Positions 24,521 to 36,870 are shown, counted from the first letter of the whole stretch. The stretch is 63,887 bases of DNA, filler included, from Olpidium bornovanus S191 (GCA_017911155.1; 32 parts of 32 records of this genome joined end to end with filler, not necessarily neighbours in it); one strand, 5' to 3'. The notes: a model not told the origin generated them from the sequence alone. Translations and numbers: made by a program.

Positions 24521-25103
24521 ATGTGCCTGAGGTCTCCGCTCTCGACACCTCCGCGATAGAGATCGACCTGGACACCAAGGTAAAATGCCCCTGCGGACGG
24601 TCGGCTCAACTGGCCAAAGGAGCGTTGGAAAGTCTTCGAAAAAGACTTCTCGGACTCGGGGCGCCGACTGTCAAAAGTGCTTTGTGCCGCGTTTCCAAGG
24701 AATTTTTGCGTTTCGCTCGCCTGCCGTCACTTTTTGTTGTTTGTTGCGGGCGTTGTGGGGTGCGAACCGCTAGAGAGCCGTTTCCGCGTATTTGCGGGGC
24801 TGCTGCCTGGGCGGAGCTGGTTTGGGATGGCTCGAGCGTCGGCGGCTGCAGCGTCCTTCGTCATGCTGTTTGCCTGTCGCTTTTGGCGTAATCTGGACTG
24901 CGTTCTGGTGTTGCGAGATGGAGAAGTCATTGCTGATCATTTATTGTTGTCCCGCTTGCCTCTTCTGCAAATAGGAGCTGCTGAAGTCGCTGAACTTTGA
25001 GAAGCTTCCGGGAATTACGGTCGCCGACCCGATCACTTCCGCCAAACAAGCTGCCCCGGAGCGACGCACCCGTCGGGATGTCTTTAGGGCAGCTCTTGCT
25101 TAG
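24521..25103 (+). CDS. RPS17: 40S ribosomal protein S17 (eS17), last two exons
   Basis: VPEVSALDTSAIEIDLDTK|ELLKSLNFEKLPGITVADP...; GT donor at 24580; stop TAG at 25101-25103. Confidence 0.92.
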
Positions 25104-25414
25104 ACGCATCCTACTCCTGTACGCCCTATTCAACCCTTCACACACACACAGGCGCACCCCCCAGTTTCCTTTTGCCAACTGGTCCTCCCGCTTGCCATGG
25201 CGGAAATACGTATTTTGGCATTGGCTCTACAATCAAGAAGCAATATCTGCCGGCTGTGAGATGCTTTTGGTAAACTACCGCAGCGAACGACGGCAGTGTC
25301 GGGTGGCGGGCAGCCGTGCACCTCATTCATGTGCCCGTGAAAGCGCACGGCTGCTTGCAGGCTTTCCAGCGAAAGAAATCTTTGGGCCCGGCGTGAAGCG
25401 GGCACCTGCCCATG

Positions 25415-25532
25415 TGTAGTGTGCCCCTCTCGACGTCGACTGGCACGTGACCTGTATTTATATAACCAGTCGGCCTCCCGGGCACACCTGAATAGACTCC
25501 GAAGTCTCTCCTCCCTCCGACGTCTCACTACA
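25415..25532 (+). mobile_element. Compact (118-bp) LTR-like sequence with TGTAGTG...CACTACA termini
   Basis: Perfect 7-bp terminal inverted repeats with TG...CA ends and an internal TATTTATATAA box. It is followed by AAGTGGGG and a GC-rich minisatellite. No flanking target-site duplication. Confidence 0.55.
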
Positions 25533-25654
25533 AAGTGGGGAATCCGAGAAAGACCCATCCTTCGACCAGCTCCCTTTCGACCAGCTCCCGCGCTTCGCCT
25601 CGGCCGCGGCCGCGCCCGCGCTCCGCTCCCCGCCTCGCCCGCGCTTCGCCCTCC

Positions 25655-25937
25655 GCTCCGCGCCCGCGCTTCGCGTCTGCCGCGCGCCCGCGCTTCGCGT
25701 CTGCCGCGCGCCCGCGCTTCGCGTCTGCCGCGCGCCCGCACTTCGCCTCCGCCGCGCGCCCGCGCTTCGCCTCCGCCGCGCGCCCGCGCTTAGCCTCCGC
25801 CGCGCGCCCGCGCTTCGCCTCCGCCGCGCCCGCCCTTCGCCTCCGCCGCGCCCGCCCTTCGCCTCCGCCGCGCCCGCCCTTCGCCTCCGCCGCGCCCGCC
25901 CTTCGCCTCCGCCGCGCCCGCCCTTCGCCTCCGCCGC
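25655..25937. repeat. GC-rich minisatellite (24-bp unit switching to 22-bp unit)
   Basis: GCGCCCGCGCTTCGC(G/C)TC(T/C)GCCGC units are followed by GCCCGCCCTTCGCCTCCGCCGC units, running to the contig end. Confidence 0.9.
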
Positions 25938-27255
25938 NNNNNNNNNNNNNNNNNNNNNNNNNNNNNNNNNNNNNNNNNNNNTTAATTAATTAANNNNNNN
26001 NNNNNNNNNNNNNNNNNNNNNNNNNNNNNNNNNNNNNCCATCGTTGGGCGCTTCGTTGCTCCCACTGTCGTCATCGTCGCTCTGGGCCTCCTCCAACCCC
26101 TTTTCGGCTCCCCTCCCAATAGTGGCGGCGCGTGCAGACCTCGCACCCCCAGACGCCCCCACGTTCGTAGCCCCCCCCCTCTTTGCTTTCGCGGCGGTGG
26201 TCGACCTCCTCCGCGTAGGCAGAGCGGGCGACTGCGGGTCCATGGCAGCTTTTCGCTTTGCCGGTTCTGCCTTGTCGGTGCCCGCACCTCGGGGTTCCCC
26301 CATGCTCATCCTTGGTCCGTGGGACTCGAGGGCTACCACAGGCCTCTTCCGTAGCACCCGCGTTGCCGGTGCTTCAGCCGCGTCTGTAGGCCGCGGCAGC
26401 ACAGGTATCCCCGCAGCTTGCGCTCTCTGCTCCGTGACTATTGCCTGTATTCGTGCCTCGTTCTCTTGGAAGGTGAGGGCCTTTTTCGGCGCCGGGCTCG
26501 CCGCGTAGACGACAGACGGTTGGGGCGAAGGCGACTCAGGTTCCTCGCGGCCTTGGGTCGCCGCTCTTGTAATTGGACAGAATATGGCGAGAAACAGGTC
26601 AAAACCTTGTGAGATTGTTTTCGGGTGAAAAGGAGAAGGGGGTGGTATTTTCTCAAACTTCGAGGCCTTCGATCTCAGCGGAGATACTTCGGATTCCGGA
26701 TCTGTTTGGTGCAGCAGATGCGCCTCGGTGAGAAGAATAGAACAGTGTTAACCGTTTGCCGTTTGAACGTATCTCCACTCCACAGTCGTCAAAAGAGGGC
26801 CAAAAGTGCTTTGTTTTGGGACGTTTTCTTTTCGTTCTCCGCCGTTCGGGATCCGACCGGTCTACAACTTTGCGGGGAGTTGCGCGTTCGTGGTGCGGTG
26901 GTTTCCTCCAAGTTTTGTGGGGATCGGTGCGGTAGGGGCCGAGAAAACGCGTAAAGAAGTTCGTAAAAACGCGGGGGGTGCTCAGAATCTCCCCCCCAGA
27001 ATACCGACGCAACGGTAACCAATCGGAGCTATGGTACTTCGCCTAAAGGCGCAGAACGGCTCAAAATCAACATAAAGACACGCAGAAAAACGGAGAAAGC
27101 GCAGGAAAGGCAGGAGAAAGNNNNNNNNNNNNNNNNNNNNNNNNNNNNNNNNNNNNNNNNNNNNTTAATTAATTAANNNNNNNNNNNNNNNNNNNNNNNN
27201 NNNNNNNNNNNNNNNNNNNNGATCTCGGGGAGTGGCCGGGGGCCCCTAAAAAACG

Positions 27256-27313
<58 letters not shown>

Positions 27314-28097
27314 GAAACGCTTCGCTGTTTTTCTCGACGGGCCCTCGGCGCCTTTTTTTTTCCCAGGCAGAGAATTCGCCTCCTCGGATGGACCCCGCCG
27401 CCGGATTCTTTTTTTCTTTCCTTGTAGTAAGTACGGAGATAAAAAAAGAGGGACGATAACGAGAGAAAAATCAAGGTCGCGTCCGCGGAGGCTAGTTGTG
27501 GCGCACGTTGGGACTTGGCGTTGTTGCAGGGAAGGAGGAGGGGAATGTGTTTTGCGGGGTGTAGTGGGGTTTTTCCGAAGTAACCTGTCAGGAAGCTGTC
27601 AGATGTGTCCGACCACGCGCGGGCATCCTATCTGGGGTGCCCACGGGTGTTCTGTTCGGAATCTTACGGACAGCCTGATAAAGTCCTGTTAGAACGAGTG
27701 TTGTTCACGCGGCAATATTGTAGAAGGGAAGAGGGGCGGGGAAGGGAGGGTGTTGGACCGCGTGCTGCTGCTCAAGAAGGGAGAATTTGCTCGCTGTGCT
27801 GCCCGGACGGACAGCAGGCGGAAGGCACCTACGGCGGCATCCAGGCGCCGGCACACGTTGCAGATTTCGCTTTGGCGGTGGTGCGGCGGAGTCGAGGAAA
27901 CGAATCCCTCCCCACGCGCGCGGTTTCGACGTTCGGTCCGCAGACCACAGCAAACACCCGCCGCAGCACGCGCCGCACGCGCCGCACGCGCCGAGCGAAC
28001 GAGCCGAGGAGGAGTAGCGCGACGCCGCGCGGGGGTGGGCGCGGGGGAAGAAGAAGATCGGGAAGGACCAGTGTCCGACGGCGCGACGACGACTGCG

Positions 28098-28835
28098 ATG
28101 CCGGCGAGGGCCAGAGCAGCCGCCGTCCTTGCCCTCTCCGCCGTCGCGCTCGCAGCAGCAGCCGCTGGGGCGGCGGCGGCGGCGGCGGCTGCGAAGCCTC
28201 GTGACCGGCGGGAAGCGTGTGGACGCGGCGGGGCGGGGCGGCGCGGTGACGAGGTCCCGCCGCCGCTGCGGCGCAAGGTCCTCCTTGCCCGGCTCGAGGA
28301 GGTTCTTCGCCAAACCGCTCGCGCGTTCCGCGGCGGCGGCGGCGGCGGTGCGTTCCTCCGCGTCCCGCCGGACCTCGCGAAAGCCGTCATCCGGCACTTC
28401 GCCTGGCTTTACCGCGCGGTTATCCTCCGCGCGGCGGAGAGGCTGCTCGCGGCGGCCCGGTCTGCGTGGCGCGTCGCCCCGCAATCCCGGTTGACGCCGA
28501 GGCGGGAGCGGGAGCTGAAACACGAGAGCAGCCGCCGGCGCGGCCTTGACACGACGGTGCGCGGTTTGCGGATCAACGAGTCGCCCCGGAACGTCGGGCC
28601 GGAGTACTTCGGGCCGTTCCGCGAGGGCGAGGACGAAACCGAGGACGAGGACGACGACGACGAGGACGACGACGACGAGCCGCCGGAGCTTGCGCCGATC
28701 AGAGACGAAGAGGTCTTCGGCGCGGAAGACGCTGCGGAACTGCCCGCCGAGCGGCTGTCGCCCGCCGTTAAGCAAGCGTTCGGCACCGTCAACGGGTCGC
28801 CAGGGCGCAATTCCGCCGCCCCGGAGATGACCTAG
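28098..28835 (+). CDS. Intronless orphan predicted secreted protein (245 aa) with acidic tract, candidate effector
   Basis: MPARARAAAVLALSAVALAAAAAG... is signal-like and is followed by KPRDRR, a helical Arg/Leu-rich core and an EDEDDDDEDDDDE tract. Stop at 28835. Confidence 0.6.
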   Translation: MPARARAAAVLALSAVALAAAAAGAAAAAAAAKPRDRREACGRGGAGRRGDEVPPPLRRKVLLARLEEVLRQTARAFRGGGGGGAFLRVPPDLAKAVIRHFAWLYRAVILRAAERLLAAARSAWRVAPQSRLTPRRERELKHESSRRRGLDTTVRGLRINESPRNVGPEYFGPFREGEDETEDEDDDDEDDDDEPPELAPIRDEEVFGAEDAAELPAERLSPAVKQAFGTVNGSPGRNSAAPEMT

Positions 28836-29505
28836 CCGTGAGGTTTGGTGGTGCGATCAAAATAATGTTTTTACCCACTGGCCGTGGCAACCAGGTCACG
28901 CGCTGACGAGATACTTAATTATGGTTGCATTGTGCGCGGCGTTTCTCCAACTGCGTTTGGCGCCCCTTGCCGGTCTGGACGTCGCCTTTTGCGCCGTCAG
29001 TTGGACCGGGCTCGCTTTCTATTTTTGTGTTCTCTCCCCTCCCCGAACCACGTCCGCAGCAAGTTCCGCAGTGTCCATTCCCTTTTTCGTTCGCCCTCTG
29101 CAGCGCCCCTGGCGACCAGCCCGACACCCTATCTAATTCTGAATTGAATTGGTATTTCACGAGAAAGACAAACTCGTTCAAATTATGTCGCGCGCCGAAA
29201 AAGGCGTCTTATCCTGGAGCCTGATCATCAAAGCATATCGCGTGTCCTGGGCTATCACGCTCATTCGGGGGGACCTCAAAGCGACTGTCACTCCCCTGCG
29301 TTGCTGTCGGACGTCGTTTGCTCCCGTCCAGGCGACGAAACGGAACAGACCGAACGCCGACGGGGTAATTGATCGTCAGCTAGATGTGGGCCCCGCTGCC
29401 CGGCGGCCGGATTTTCCCGTCATGCCGCTGCGTGGCCGGATCGGCGGAGGCGGACTTCAGAATGCTTTGTCGGAACGGCTCAACCGCCACGGTTGTCCCG
29501 GTGTG

Positions 29506-30059
29506 TCATCTGTAGGGGCTGCTGTAGTACACGTCCTGAAAATCGCTGGCAGTGTCAGCAAACCAAAACAAAAAAAAAAAAAAAAAAAAAAAACCAAACC
29601 AAAAAAAGGCAGGCTACGTTCGGCAAACGGCTCTCGTCAATAGCAGCCGCCGCACCTCCAGATCCCATATTGCCATGTCAAGATCGTCCTTCAGTCTGGC
29701 GATGCGCGTCTTGATCACCTTTTTTTGGTCAATGCACTCCACTCGGCGCGTGGCGGTGATGTGCAGAAGCTGCTGTTCGTCGTTGACGAGAAGGGATTGC
29801 TTCAGGTCCGCAATTATTGAGAGGAGGCCCTCGGCCTGTCGAACCTAGCAGAAGCCAGGCCGTTTCTCAGTAACCTGTTTCCGTCAACGGGCGCGAACTC
29901 ACAGAAAAGAGAAGAGGGACGCGAACGAGGCGGGGGTCGGGGTTGCGCGTCTGCGCGGCACTCTCTCACACTCCCTGTCCATCCCCTTACTATGTTCGTC
30001 GCGCGGCACTCGGTCTGGTAACTCTCCTGCGCAATCTTGTACTTGTCCTTCTGCTCGAT
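29506..30059 (-). CDS. MED22: Mediator subunit 22 (Srb6/Surf5), last three exons
   Basis: IEQKDKYKIAQESYQTECRATNI|VRQAEGLLSIIADLKQSLLVNDE...RLKDDLDMAIWDLE|DVYYSSPYR*, with GT-AG introns. Confidence 0.85.
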
Positions 30060-30849
30060 CTGTCCGGTCCGTCGAAGGAAACGAAGGAGGGGAGGGGAGG
30101 GGAGGGGGGCAGAGATGGGAACGCGGGGGGGACAGCNNNNNNNNNNNNNNNNNNNNNNNNNNNNNNNNNNNNNNNNNNNNTTAATTAATTAANNNNNNNN
30201 NNNNNNNNNNNNNNNNNNNNNNNNNNNNNNNNNNNNCATGGATGGGACGTGCACGCGGTCAGGAGGTGCAGTTTTGTGTGATTTGTACCAAAGGAGACCC
30301 GGAATTTTTTTCGGGCGAGAAAATTACACAACACACACGTAGGTGTTCGTGAAAACCAGGCCCGTCGACGGGTGTCGAAGATGGTAGCGCTCAACCGGCA
30401 CCCACCAAGATATCACTCAATCAGCACCGACCACGTGGTCGAAGAGAGGGCCCAGCGTGGAGGGTACCCGAGGCGTGACAACACAAGAGGTGGGAAGTGA
30501 GGGCGGCGAGTTGATTGACGGGTGTGCCGAGTTTCGATCGATCCGAGTTTCGAACGATCCGAGCACCGATGACTGCCGACCGAGTTGCACCCGGCAGCCC
30601 AGTCACCGCTGCTGCCCTCCATGTCTACGGAGACGGCCTCCGACAGGAGGACTCTACACCGGGCTGCACTTGTTCCGAGGAAAGGCGGCCTAGGCGCATG
30701 CCCCGGCAAAAGGTCCGCCGCTCGCCGCCGAGATACATGTCACCAGCAAACGCGTCGTCGGGAAACGGCCTGACTCTGGCGTTCCGCAGGACACCAGAGA
30801 AACGCGCGAGCATGACGACAGCAAGAGGAACGTCAGCAGATTGCGCGAC

Positions 30850-31700
30850 GACGGCCGCTCACGCCAACGGCGGCAGCACGCAACGCACGGTCGGCGAAAG
30901 CGGGGCATGGCGGCAGTCAGCCCAACTATTTTCGGATCACCGAACGAAGCGCAGCACGTGAAAGTGGAATATAAGTAAACTCGGCCACTGTTTGGGGGGA
31001 CACGTGTTTGAAAGTCACCTCCCCGGTCGCGCAACTGTTGGGCTCCGCTGCCAGGAGGAACGACCCGCTCTGCATGCACCTCGTCAACAAGGCCAAACGC
31101 AGTATTACGGCCGTCGCGGCTCCGTGAAGGAGAGGTGATTGCGCCGGCGGCTGTGCTTCCCGCCTATTACTTTGCTTAGCGTCCATTCATGGTGCTCCGT
31201 TGCTTCTTCCATATTGCAAGCTCCCTCCACCACCTCTCGTGCGGGCGGGCTATGGGAGCGTGCCAACCTCTCCAGACAATCCAAGCAGGACCGAAAATGA
31301 ATCCTCAAGTAGCTACCATGGCTCGGTGATTTGACACCATCCCGGCCGTCGTACAAGAAGACGGACTCCATAAACGGAAATACAGTGTCATGAAAAATGA
31401 GCATGTCTGCCAATTTTACGTTTGCTACTACCGTGTTTTGTTGTCAATGCTCCGCGTAACTTGCAATCTCGAATTAGTGTACTTTTGTCTGTCATCACCA
31501 CCGAGAGGATTCCCATATCAGGGGTCGAGTTATGGTGCGATCGATGATGTGAATGTCTCTGGAAATGCCGCAAAGTGTTAAGACCGGCTGTCTGAAACTC
31601 CCGATCACGTGTGTGACAAGCCTGCCTCTGCGGAAGGCTGCGGGGTTCGCGCACGCAAGAAGCACGATCTGAACGCTGAGCAGGTTGAGCTTACCTTTTC
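30850..31700 (-). mobile_element. Degenerate LTR-retrotransposon integrase remnants
   Basis: Broken-frame pieces LVTHVIGSFRQPVLTLCG...HIIDRTITR (resembles LIHTDVxGP...IDDxTR) and QLRDRGGDFQ (resembles LRTDxGGEF). Confidence 0.35.
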
Positions 31701-32451
31701 CAATCACCGGGAACGGAGTCCGCTCAGGTGCTCTGCCAGGCCGACGTTACAAATCCCAAGCCCACATGTGTGAAGCAAGCGTTAAACATACTTTGAAAGC
31801 GAAGACAGCTCTACTTGGCACCGCCTCTTTAACCATCTGTTAACCGGTCATAATTTCTCAGCGAAAAGCCCCATGTTCTGGTAACCCTCAGTGAGTCCTT
31901 TAATCGTTAGTCGGTTGGGGGCGGTCTAGAATTACTCAGCGGCTAGAAATTCAGGGAAAGTCGGTATAGCAATTTGATTACAGGCAACAACCTATCTTTT
32001 GATCGATCTACCTCGGAGTTTCGTGGGAGGTGACGTGAGCCCCCCCGAACGCGAGCGGCGGGCATGGCCGGAGGACAAGGTCCCCGATACCGTTTGACAA
32101 TGAACCAGGTTCTCTTAATTTCCGATACCGGGTCCAGACAAGGTAGGACCTCTTCGCTGGCGATGATCGTCGCCGATTTCCACCGAAACGTACCGCCCCG
32201 TCATGCTTAAGATCTTCGCGCCGCGGCCCCTACCCAACACTCTCGTCTGCCAGGGTTTGCAGTCGGCGGGCTCGCCATCAACCGAGACAAACTGGCGGCC
32301 TTTTGGGCAGGGGACAACGNNNNNNNNNNNNNNNNNNNNNNNNNNNNNNNNNNNNNNNNNNNNTTAATTAATTAANNNNNNNNNNNNNNNNNNNNNNNNN
32401 NNNNNNNNNNNNNNNNNNNCTCGCGGGGTGGGGGGGGGGGGGGGGGGTTGC

Positions 32452-32487
<36 letters not shown>

Positions 32488-32728
32488 AGCGTCGCTGGCG
32501 GGCGATTTCGGAGCACACGGTAACCGTTTCGTTGCCCCGGGCCATTCCCCTCGGCAGCTCGGTCTTCCTCGCCTCCGCCAAAAAGTCGGCCACGCGGTTC
32601 TTCCCCCCGACGTACGCCCGTCTCCTTACGCTGCGCGCCGGCCGCCGCGCGGAGACCGGCTGCTGCGCCTTGCGTTTCTAAACCGACGCTCTTACCCCCC
32701 CCCCCTCCCACCCTACTTTTTTTGTTCA

Positions 32729-33444
32729 GTGGAGGACGGAGCACACGAACCGAGACCCCGACAGCGCCGAGGCGCACGCTCTCCCGGGCCTTACGCCGAC
32801 GTTGAGCCCGCATCCCGGTCTCGCTCGCCGTCGCGGCGGCGGCTGCCCCGGTCGCGCTCGCGCTCGCGCTCGCCGTCGCGGCTGCGGCACCCCCGGTCGC
32901 GCTCGCGCTCTCCGGCGCGGCGGCGGCACCCCCGGCCTCGCTCGCGATCTCGATCCGCCTCTGTCGAGAGAATGACTTCGGGCCTGCGCGTCGGCTTACA
33001 AAGAGCGCAGGACGTCGACCGGGACTTGCAACGGTTCCGGGAGAGCAGAATGGCAAGTTTCAAGGACCTCGCGGACGATGTCACCGGCCGGGGTGCTGCG
33101 ACGGTGTACAGAGACAAGACGGGTGAGCTCGACATAGAGCCGCTTTTTCCCGCGCGTTGGCGCGGCTTTTTCCCCCGCGATTCTCGCACACCGAGCACCC
33201 TGCGGCGCGGGGGCTGATATTTTTCGGTGAACCGGCCGTTTTCAGGCCGCAAGATCGATATCGCACAGCAGCAACTTTTGGAAAAGGAGGAGCGACGAAG
33301 GAAGGAGGAAGAGGAGGCGCGGAACATGGCCGCCGGCGCGGGAGTGCCCTCCTCGCAGCAGGCGTACGGCTTCGCGCAGCGGAACCCTTCCGTCGTCGTC
33401 GGAGCGCAGCCGCAGCAGCCGGCGTCCGCGGGGCAATTAAGCTC
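32729..33444 (+). CDS. BUD13: BUD13 (RES complex pre-mRNA splicing factor), internal fragment
   Basis: RS-rich region, then MTSGLRVGLQRAQDV...VTGRGAATVYRDKTG|RKIDIAQQQLLEKEERRRKEEEE. The TVYRDxxGRxID signature is split by a GT-AG intron at about 33124-33245. Confidence 0.85.
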
Positions 33445-33544
33445 NNNNNNNNNNNNNNNNNNNNNNNNNNNNNNNNNNNNNNNNNNNNTTAATTAATTAA
33501 NNNNNNNNNNNNNNNNNNNNNNNNNNNNNNNNNNNNNNNNNNNN

Positions 33545-35123
33545 CCAGCGACGATTTGGTCTCAAGCCGACGTAGTCCTTTAGGCGGTAACTCTAGCCAG
33601 GGAATTTCCCCCCGTACTCCCGTCATGCAATCGGACAACGCGTCGGCCGCCGCCGGTGTCATTGCTTACGAACGCAATGCACCGGGGAAACTGCTATCAG
33701 GTGGACTCGGAGATAGAACGCAGGTCGATCTACTTGCCAACACCTCCGCGAACTTCGCGAACCTAGACTCTTTGTTGGCAGATCTCGGGAGCTTGGACCG
33801 CGTGACAAAGCCTCTTGTGTCGACGTCGGCGAAGCATTCGGACGTCCGCCAAGATGTGCCCGGCCCAAGAAATAGCTCCGAAGAGGTGTCGCAGCTGCAC
33901 TCGCCCCAAAAGTCGAATGTCGAGATGCGGGAATGGGAGGAGAACCTAGACTGCCTGAAGAAGCGGGTAGCTGAATTGGAAAGGAGCTCTCAGGTGAGCA
34001 GCGGCTGCAGACTGTTCTAGAGTATTCGTCTCAGCGTGACGCGTCTGACGAGATTCGAAACCTGAAGAGATCAAGAGGACTACAAGACGAGCTAGAAACG
34101 CTAGAGGAAGTGAATACCAAACAAACCGACAAACTTCGACAACTGGAGCAAGTCCATTACCGAGCATTGTTGGAGCTTGACGGCTACAGAACGGTGGGTC
34201 GATTGTAGAGCGGATAGATTGTGATACGATGGCGGGCGGTGTGTTGCGTTATGCCGCGCTTATATGTTCTTTGGTGCGCATTAGGACTTCAAAGACTCGC
34301 AATTACAAGCGCAACAGCTGAAATCCAAATTGAGCGAGACGTTGGGAAATTTCGAGAATTTGCGCGAGGAAAAGCAGAGAGACATAGAAACCGCGGCGAA
34401 GCTTAAGCAAGAGGTGGGGTCCATATCCAAGCCTCTGCGTATACGGTGCGGGCCAGCTCGCTGTTAAGTTATTTGAACATTTCAAGAATGCTCGCATTCG
34501 GAAAGAGCTAAGCAACACGATGGAGACGGTCAGCTGGCTGTCGCGTAAGTTTTTAGGTGAACGTCTTGTTCGCTTTTTGTTTTCTCCCGGTTTTATACTT
34601 CGTAGGACTTGAAAATTTAACATGAGGAGCTTTGTTAGAACCTTCGGACAGGTTTCCGGCAGTTTCGTACACTCCGCCGGTTTCGCTGACGTACGTCGCG
34701 GCGGTGGCTCAGGCCGACTACGCGTTAACCCCACAGGAGAACGGTCTCATGGACCTGGGCAAGATCGGTGCTTACCAGGCGACGGTCGACGAGCTCCTCA
34801 AAGCGGCACGGACGGAGTCACCCACTGGGGTGCTCATGGCGATGAAAGCTGTCGTGGTGTCGTGCAAGAGCATCACCGAGGATCTGGATCGTTATAACCC
34901 TGCCGGAGACACCGACAGCTCCGACCACTTCCAGGAACTTAAGGCAAACTTCGCCGCCACCCTCAGCGGCCTTTTCGCTGCGGCCAAAGCGTACGCCGCG
35001 GCCAGAAACACAGGGCGTAGCGAGCAGGCCGGGGCCTTCCCTGGGGACCCCCTCTACGTGAGCGCGGGGACCCTTACCGCCGCAATCTTTGAGTTCATCA
35101 AGCTGCTGCGAATAAAGGATTGA
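33545..35123 (+). CDS. Spa2-like polarisome scaffold (coiled coil + GIT1_C domain), 3' part
   Basis: Coiled-coil exons, then YQATVDELLKAARTESPTGVLMAMKAVVVSCKSITEDL...LKANFAATLSGLFAAAK...SAGTLTAAIFEFIKLL*, which fits the GIT1_C/Spa2 C-terminal helical bundle. Confidence 0.75.
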
Positions 35124-35439
35124 AAAAGACGTTTTCGGCCGATTTCGGTCGCCGACCAGAGTGGACGCGCTGAGAGCCGCCTCTAGCCCTGGAAACAAAC
35201 TCCGCTATCTTACCGCGGGCCACGTACACTTTCACACTGCCCCCGCAGACGAAATACGAAATCCCAACCGCCCCCNNNNNNNNNNNNNNNNNNNNNNNNN
35301 NNNNNNNNNNNNNNNNNNNTTAATTAATTAANNNNNNNNNNNNNNNNNNNNNNNNNNNNNNNNNNNNNNNNNNNNCATGGAACAACCCGGCTGTGGATTT
35401 TCGTCTCCGCCGTGGACTTCTGCGAAGTCCCTTTTGTAT

Positions 35440-36833
35440 GTACGGAAGCTGAACGCGCCCAAAAAAAAAGCGAAAATCGAGAATTCGAAAAAAATGAAGT
35501 CTGCAGGGTAGGCAGGTCAGGAGATCCGTTGGCAGAATCCCTTTTCGGTCTGAGCGTGCCCGGCGAAGCGAAGTGAAGAAACTGCGCGGGCGGGAGCGAC
35601 GCGGGGAGAACAAAAGCAGGGAAAAGCGGAAAGAACGCGAGCGGTTGTACACGAGAGAAAAACGGGTGCCGTGGCCGGTTCGAAACTTTGCGAACGACCG
35701 GACTAAAACAGGAACCGGGAGAATGCACTGCGAGACCAAATTACTGAAAGCGCGAAATTTGGAATCAGCTGAAGAGTTTTGGAAATAGTGGTCATTTCCA
35801 AAGGCCCAGCGTCGCCACTCTTTTGCCCAAAAAACGCGGCGACACAAGCTAGACGCGTCGTAGCCGCCTCAAAAAAAACTCTCCATGCGTCCTTTCTGTT
35901 AAGAAATTGTGCGCAACGTCTCTTCTCTCCCCTCCCCCGTTTTCACGCCCGAAAAAATTTGAGATTTGGAAAACATTTAATCGGGAGAGTAGGCAAGTCA
36001 TGAGATCCGTTGGCAGGATCCGTTTTCGGTCAATCTACGACATTTAGACCATTTTGTGCTGCATTGCCATGGCGCCTGTAGTGTGAGAGCCCTGGTAGTC
36101 CCTTTGACACCGGATTTATTTGGAAAGTGGTTGTTTGGTTAGGATAGGTACAGATATCGCCGCATTACCCTCCCCTCCTCAGAAAGCATGGGGAATACGG
36201 GCGAGGCAGCTGTGTGGAGACGAGGATGCATGGTGGGGTTGAAGAACACGCAAGCGGTCGGCTCAGGGCTAGGCGCTGCGGCATGCTGGAAGCGTTCGGA
36301 GAGGGCTGTCGAGGGGTCGGCTACAGATTTGAGGTGTGATGGGGCGAAAGGGCGGTCCAGGACCCGCTCGGACCGGGTGTCAAAGACGACGTAGGAACCC
36401 CCGCCGTTTTGCGTATGACACGGCCAGGACCTTGGTAGATCGGCTGCTGCTTGTTGGAGCTGGTAGCGTTCTGCCACATGAAGATGGTGACTGGCGGAAA
36501 GTCGAGTGGCTGCTGTCGAACCGCCCCTTGGTAGTCCCTTTGACACTTGATTTATTTGAAAAGTGGTAGGTTTGGCTAGGATAGGTACAGATATCGCCGC
36601 ATAGTGTGCTGTATATTTATGGGCGCATTCCCCGCCAAAGCCCTGGCTAAACCATCGTGCCGCGATGGGAGGACAGAACAGCGGAAGGAATAGCCTCTAC
36701 GAAAGGGATGCGGACGTTGACCGGCACATACACAACTCCATCAACGCCCGCGGGCGCAAGCCGCCGCGCAAGGCCGTTTCGGCGGGACGCGCCTCTGCCG
36801 ACTAAATGTTTTCCAGATCTCGAGTTTCTTTTT

Positions 36834-36870
<37 letters not shown>

